Virus record (IMG/VR): IMGVR_UViG_3300036985_006248
Coordinates: 64,001-128,000 of that record
Reading direction: 5' to 3' (one strand)
DNA from: a virus
Length of the DNA stretch: 64,000 nucleotides
Made by a program: the position numbers and the translations under genes. This document shows, piece after piece, positions 61,498 through 64,000 of the stretch. The notes beneath the pieces were generated by a model, which worked only from the letters and a program-made list of their open reading frames with translations, did not search any database and had not been told where the DNA came from. Positions within the stretch are counted from its first letter, which is position 1. Each line of letters opens with the position of its first letter.

Positions 61498-64000
61498 TTA
61501 ATAACACTTACTCCACCCACAACCGTCCTTACAAGTAGCACATCCATCTTGATATACTAATTTGCTATTGCATTCTGGACAGTTGGAAGTTGAACCTGTA
61601 ACTTCTTCGCCTTCTTTAATATATAGTTTTAACACCCTTGCAACTGCCTTACTAAATGTAGTCATACTTGTTGTTTCGCTCTTTAAAATTTGCTCTACAA
61701 CAAATTTGACATCAGCACCATGACGTAATGAAAGAGATACCAAGCGAGTTAAGTCAGAATATTGTGTATTCTCAAATGCTTCCTTAATATCTACTGCTTC
61801 GACAGCTATATCATCAACCTGCAATAGATAATGACCTGATTTTTTCTTTATGATTTCGCCAATTTTTATATTTGTGGGAATCTCAATCTTATCAGCTAAT
61901 CCACCAAATACTTCGTATGGCTTACCATCGAATAACCCAACAAGGATTAACCACTTTTCACCCTTGACTGATACATGATGTATACCACAATTCAATGATT
62001 GCTTGCGCTTAATAGCCGCGTGTTGCTTAAAAGTATCTTTTTTAGTTTCTGTCGTTATGAGAACACCATCACGGCTGCCATCTACATATACTGTGATTCC
62101 CTTAAGACCCAAACGCCATCCATTCATATACAATTCACCAACAACTTCTGGTGTGGTTCCCTTTGGTAGATTAATGGTAGAAGAAATTGAATGGTCGATA
62201 TATTTTTGTATAGTTGCTTGTATTCTTACTCTGTTTTGCCAATTGATATTGTCGCTCTCTACGAAAAAATCAGGAGTTATATCTGTGTTGGCAAATTTCA
62301 AATATTCTTGAACGTTCTTATGATAAACCTTGAAGTTTATCCATCGATCTCCCATGTCATCAACAAAATCTGGCTTTGTATCTTGCTCAGAATGGTCGAG
62401 TTTTCTGCGACGGGTATAAGAATTCTTAAAAACTGGCTCTATGCCAGAAGACGTTTGCGATTCAATAGACACTGAACCAGTGGGCGCATTTGTCAAAAGA
62501 GCGATGTTTCTACGTCCAGCTTTTGCCATCTTTTCTTTAATTTCTTCTGGAAGGCGCTGAATAAAATCATTATTCTTTTCCAACTCCCAATCAAAGATTG
62601 GAAAGGCTCCCCGCTCTTCAGCTAAATCAACGCTAGTCGAATAGGCAGCGTCACGGAAACAGTTATAGATTTTATCTATTAAGGCAATTCCCTCTTCGGA
62701 ATCATAGCGTATTCCGCATCGTGCAACAGCATCAGCCAAACCATGAGTTCCTAAACCAGTTCGACGGCCATTTCGGCATGCATTCAGTAATTTATTCCAA
62801 AGTTCTTTCTCGCTTTCTGTGTCACATAAATTGATTATATTAACCAGTTTTTCAATTTCTAAATCAATTAAATCATCCGATAGGCGCATTGCCATTTTCG
62901 TTACTCGCTCTAACTTTTCCATATCCATCTGAGCATCTTTAGTAAAAGCATTTGTTACTAAGTGTTTCAGATTTATACTTATCAAGCGACAGCTATCGTA
63001 AGCAGAGAGGGGAATTTCTCCACAGTTTTTTACACAGAAACCCGAAGTAACAACTCCCTTTTCATCACTTACTTTGGTTATAACATGATAATTGTGATTG
63101 TCATCGACTGTTATATTATATACGTCCTCTTGCCCAACATATTCTACAGAAACCACTTTATGGATATTCGATTCAAAAGAATTAAATGGATAAAGGCTGT
63201 CACCGGGCTTTAAATCTTTTAATTGAGTGTAAGACAAATCTCTCTTTAAAATGCGGTGGTCGGGTGTCGCTCTAAATGTGGAACCGTCATCGAGAGTTAA
63301 TTTCCAGATTTCCTTTGCTTGACCTGTCAAACGAGGATTTCTACCCATCTTTATTTCCACTTGTCCTGATACTAAATTAGTAGAATAAACAGGAACATCT
63401 TTTCCCTCTTTAGTGAGTTGTCCGATTGAGACATAATTTCGTCCATCTGCGACGGCAATCAAAGTATCACTTGTTATGCAAGGGTTCGTGGTAAGAGTCT
63501 TAAATGATGGATAGCAGTGTGCAGGAAGATTATTAATGATATTATCCCACATCAACAAACCCGGCTCTGCTGATTTAGTAGCAGAGTTGATTATTACATT
63601 CCATAGGTCTTTAGCCTTAATGGTCTTAGTAAAAGTAGGAGCGGTTGAACCAACGGGATAGTGCAAGACAAAATCTGAATCTGTCTCAACAGCTTTCATA
63701 AAGTCATCAGTTACACGGATAGAGACATTAGCACCAGTAACTTTCTTTAAATCCTGCTTCATAAGCGCAAACTTCTCTACGTCTGGGTGCCGAACATCGA
63801 TGGAAATCATCAATGCTCCACGACGACCGTTTTGTCCTATCATACGGCAGACATAAGAATAGAAATCCGCAAAGGACCATGCACCTGTAGTAGTGCCTGC
63901 ACTATTATTAACCTTGGCGTTTTCTGGGCGTAATGTCGTTATGTCTACACCAACGCCGCAACGACGCTTGAATAAGTTAGCTAAATCTTTCCCAGCATCC
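61498..64000 (-). CDS. nrdJ: class II (AdoCbl-dependent) ribonucleotide reductase, 5' end beyond the window, intein-containing
   Basis: QNGRRGA, TNP|CGE, RRTGLG, APTGS, SSGIEP, C-terminal Zn ribbon; frame open to 64000. Confidence 0.93.
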   Translation of the reverse strand, partial: DAGKDLANLFKRRCGVGVDITTLRPENAKVNNSAGTTTGAWSFADFYSYVCRMIGQNGRRGALMISIDVRHPDVEKFALMKQDLKKVTGANVSIRVTDDFMKAVETDSDFVLHYPVGSTAPTFTKTIKAKDLWNVIINSATKSAEPGLLMWDNIINNLPAHCYPSFKTLTTNPCITSDTLIAVADGRNYVSIGQLTKEGKDVPVYSTNLVSGQVEIKMGRNPRLTGQAKEIWKLTLDDGSTFRATPDHRILKRDLSYTQLKDLKPGDSLYPFNSFESNIHKVVSVEYVGQEDVYNITVDDNHNYHVITKVSDEKGVVTSGFCVKNCGEIPLSAYDSCRLISINLKHLVTNAFTKDAQMDMEKLERVTKMAMRLSDDLIDLEIEKLVNIINLCDTESEKELWNKLLNACRNGRRTGLGTHGLADAVARCGIRYDSEEGIALIDKIYNCFRDAAYSTSVDLAEERGAFPIFDWELEKNNDFIQRLPEEIKEKMAKAGRRNIALLTNAPTGSVSIESQTSSGIEPVFKNSYTRRRKLDHSEQDTKPDFVDDMGDRWINFKVYHKNVQEYLKFANTDITPDFFVESDNINWQNRVRIQATIQKYIDHSISSTINLPKGTTPEVVGELYMNGWRLGLKGITVYVDGSRDGVLITTETKKDTFKQHAAIKRKQSLNCGIHHVSVKGEKWLILVGLFDGKPYEVFGGLADKIEIPTNIKIGEIIKKKSGHYLLQVDDIAVEAVDIKEAFENTQYSDLTRLVSLSLRHGADVKFVVEQILKSETTSMTTFSKAVARVLKLYIKEGEEVTGSTSNCPECNSKLVYQDGCATCKDGCGWSKCY
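63025..63480 (-). mobile_element. 152-aa mini-intein (no endonuclease) at the RNR catalytic Cys
   Basis: TNP/CITSDT...TPDH...VYNITVDDNHNY...VKN/CGE. Confidence 0.92.

Noticed and set aside
1-64000. Stop-codon reassignment
   Set aside because: Core genes are intact under code 11, all three stops are used, and there is no suppressor tRNA.

Overview
This is a segment of a large (jumbo-type) tailed phage genome, with essentially all real genes on the minus strand. All assignments come from reading the sequence and from motif recall; no database search was run. Layout: (1) 1-9.9 kb holds AT-rich hypothetical genes, an HNH nuclease, an SLT lytic transglycosylase and a tandem array of small 'GDL...EW' paralogues. 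(2) About 9.9-26.3 kb is a visibly more GC-rich early / host-takeover-like region. It has many sigma70-type promoters (several leaderless), a hairpin cassette repeated three times, 15 tRNA genes (two structurally aberrant), other structured ncRNA candidates, a MoxR/VWA pair and an operon of four tandem (Ser-X)n peptides. (3) 26.3-29.3 kb is a second paralogue array. (4) 30-64 kb holds nucleotide metabolism, replication and chaperone genes: purA, a GMP reductase/IMPDH-family gene, dut, thyX, nrdJ with a mini-intein, dnaE, a DEDDh exonuclease, groEL/groES, clpP and a GIY-YIG endonuclease, plus probable head-internal proteins. The most striking items are an adjacent pair of genes resembling type III secretion needle (SctF-like) and inner-rod (SctI-like) subunits, which by recollection are of myxobacterial type; the translationally coupled Ser-(Arg/Gly/Trp) peptide array; the roughly 35-member small beta-barrel paralogue family; and non-canonical tRNA-like RNAs. 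A GC-rich deltaproteobacterial (Myxococcota-like) host is inferred, not shown.
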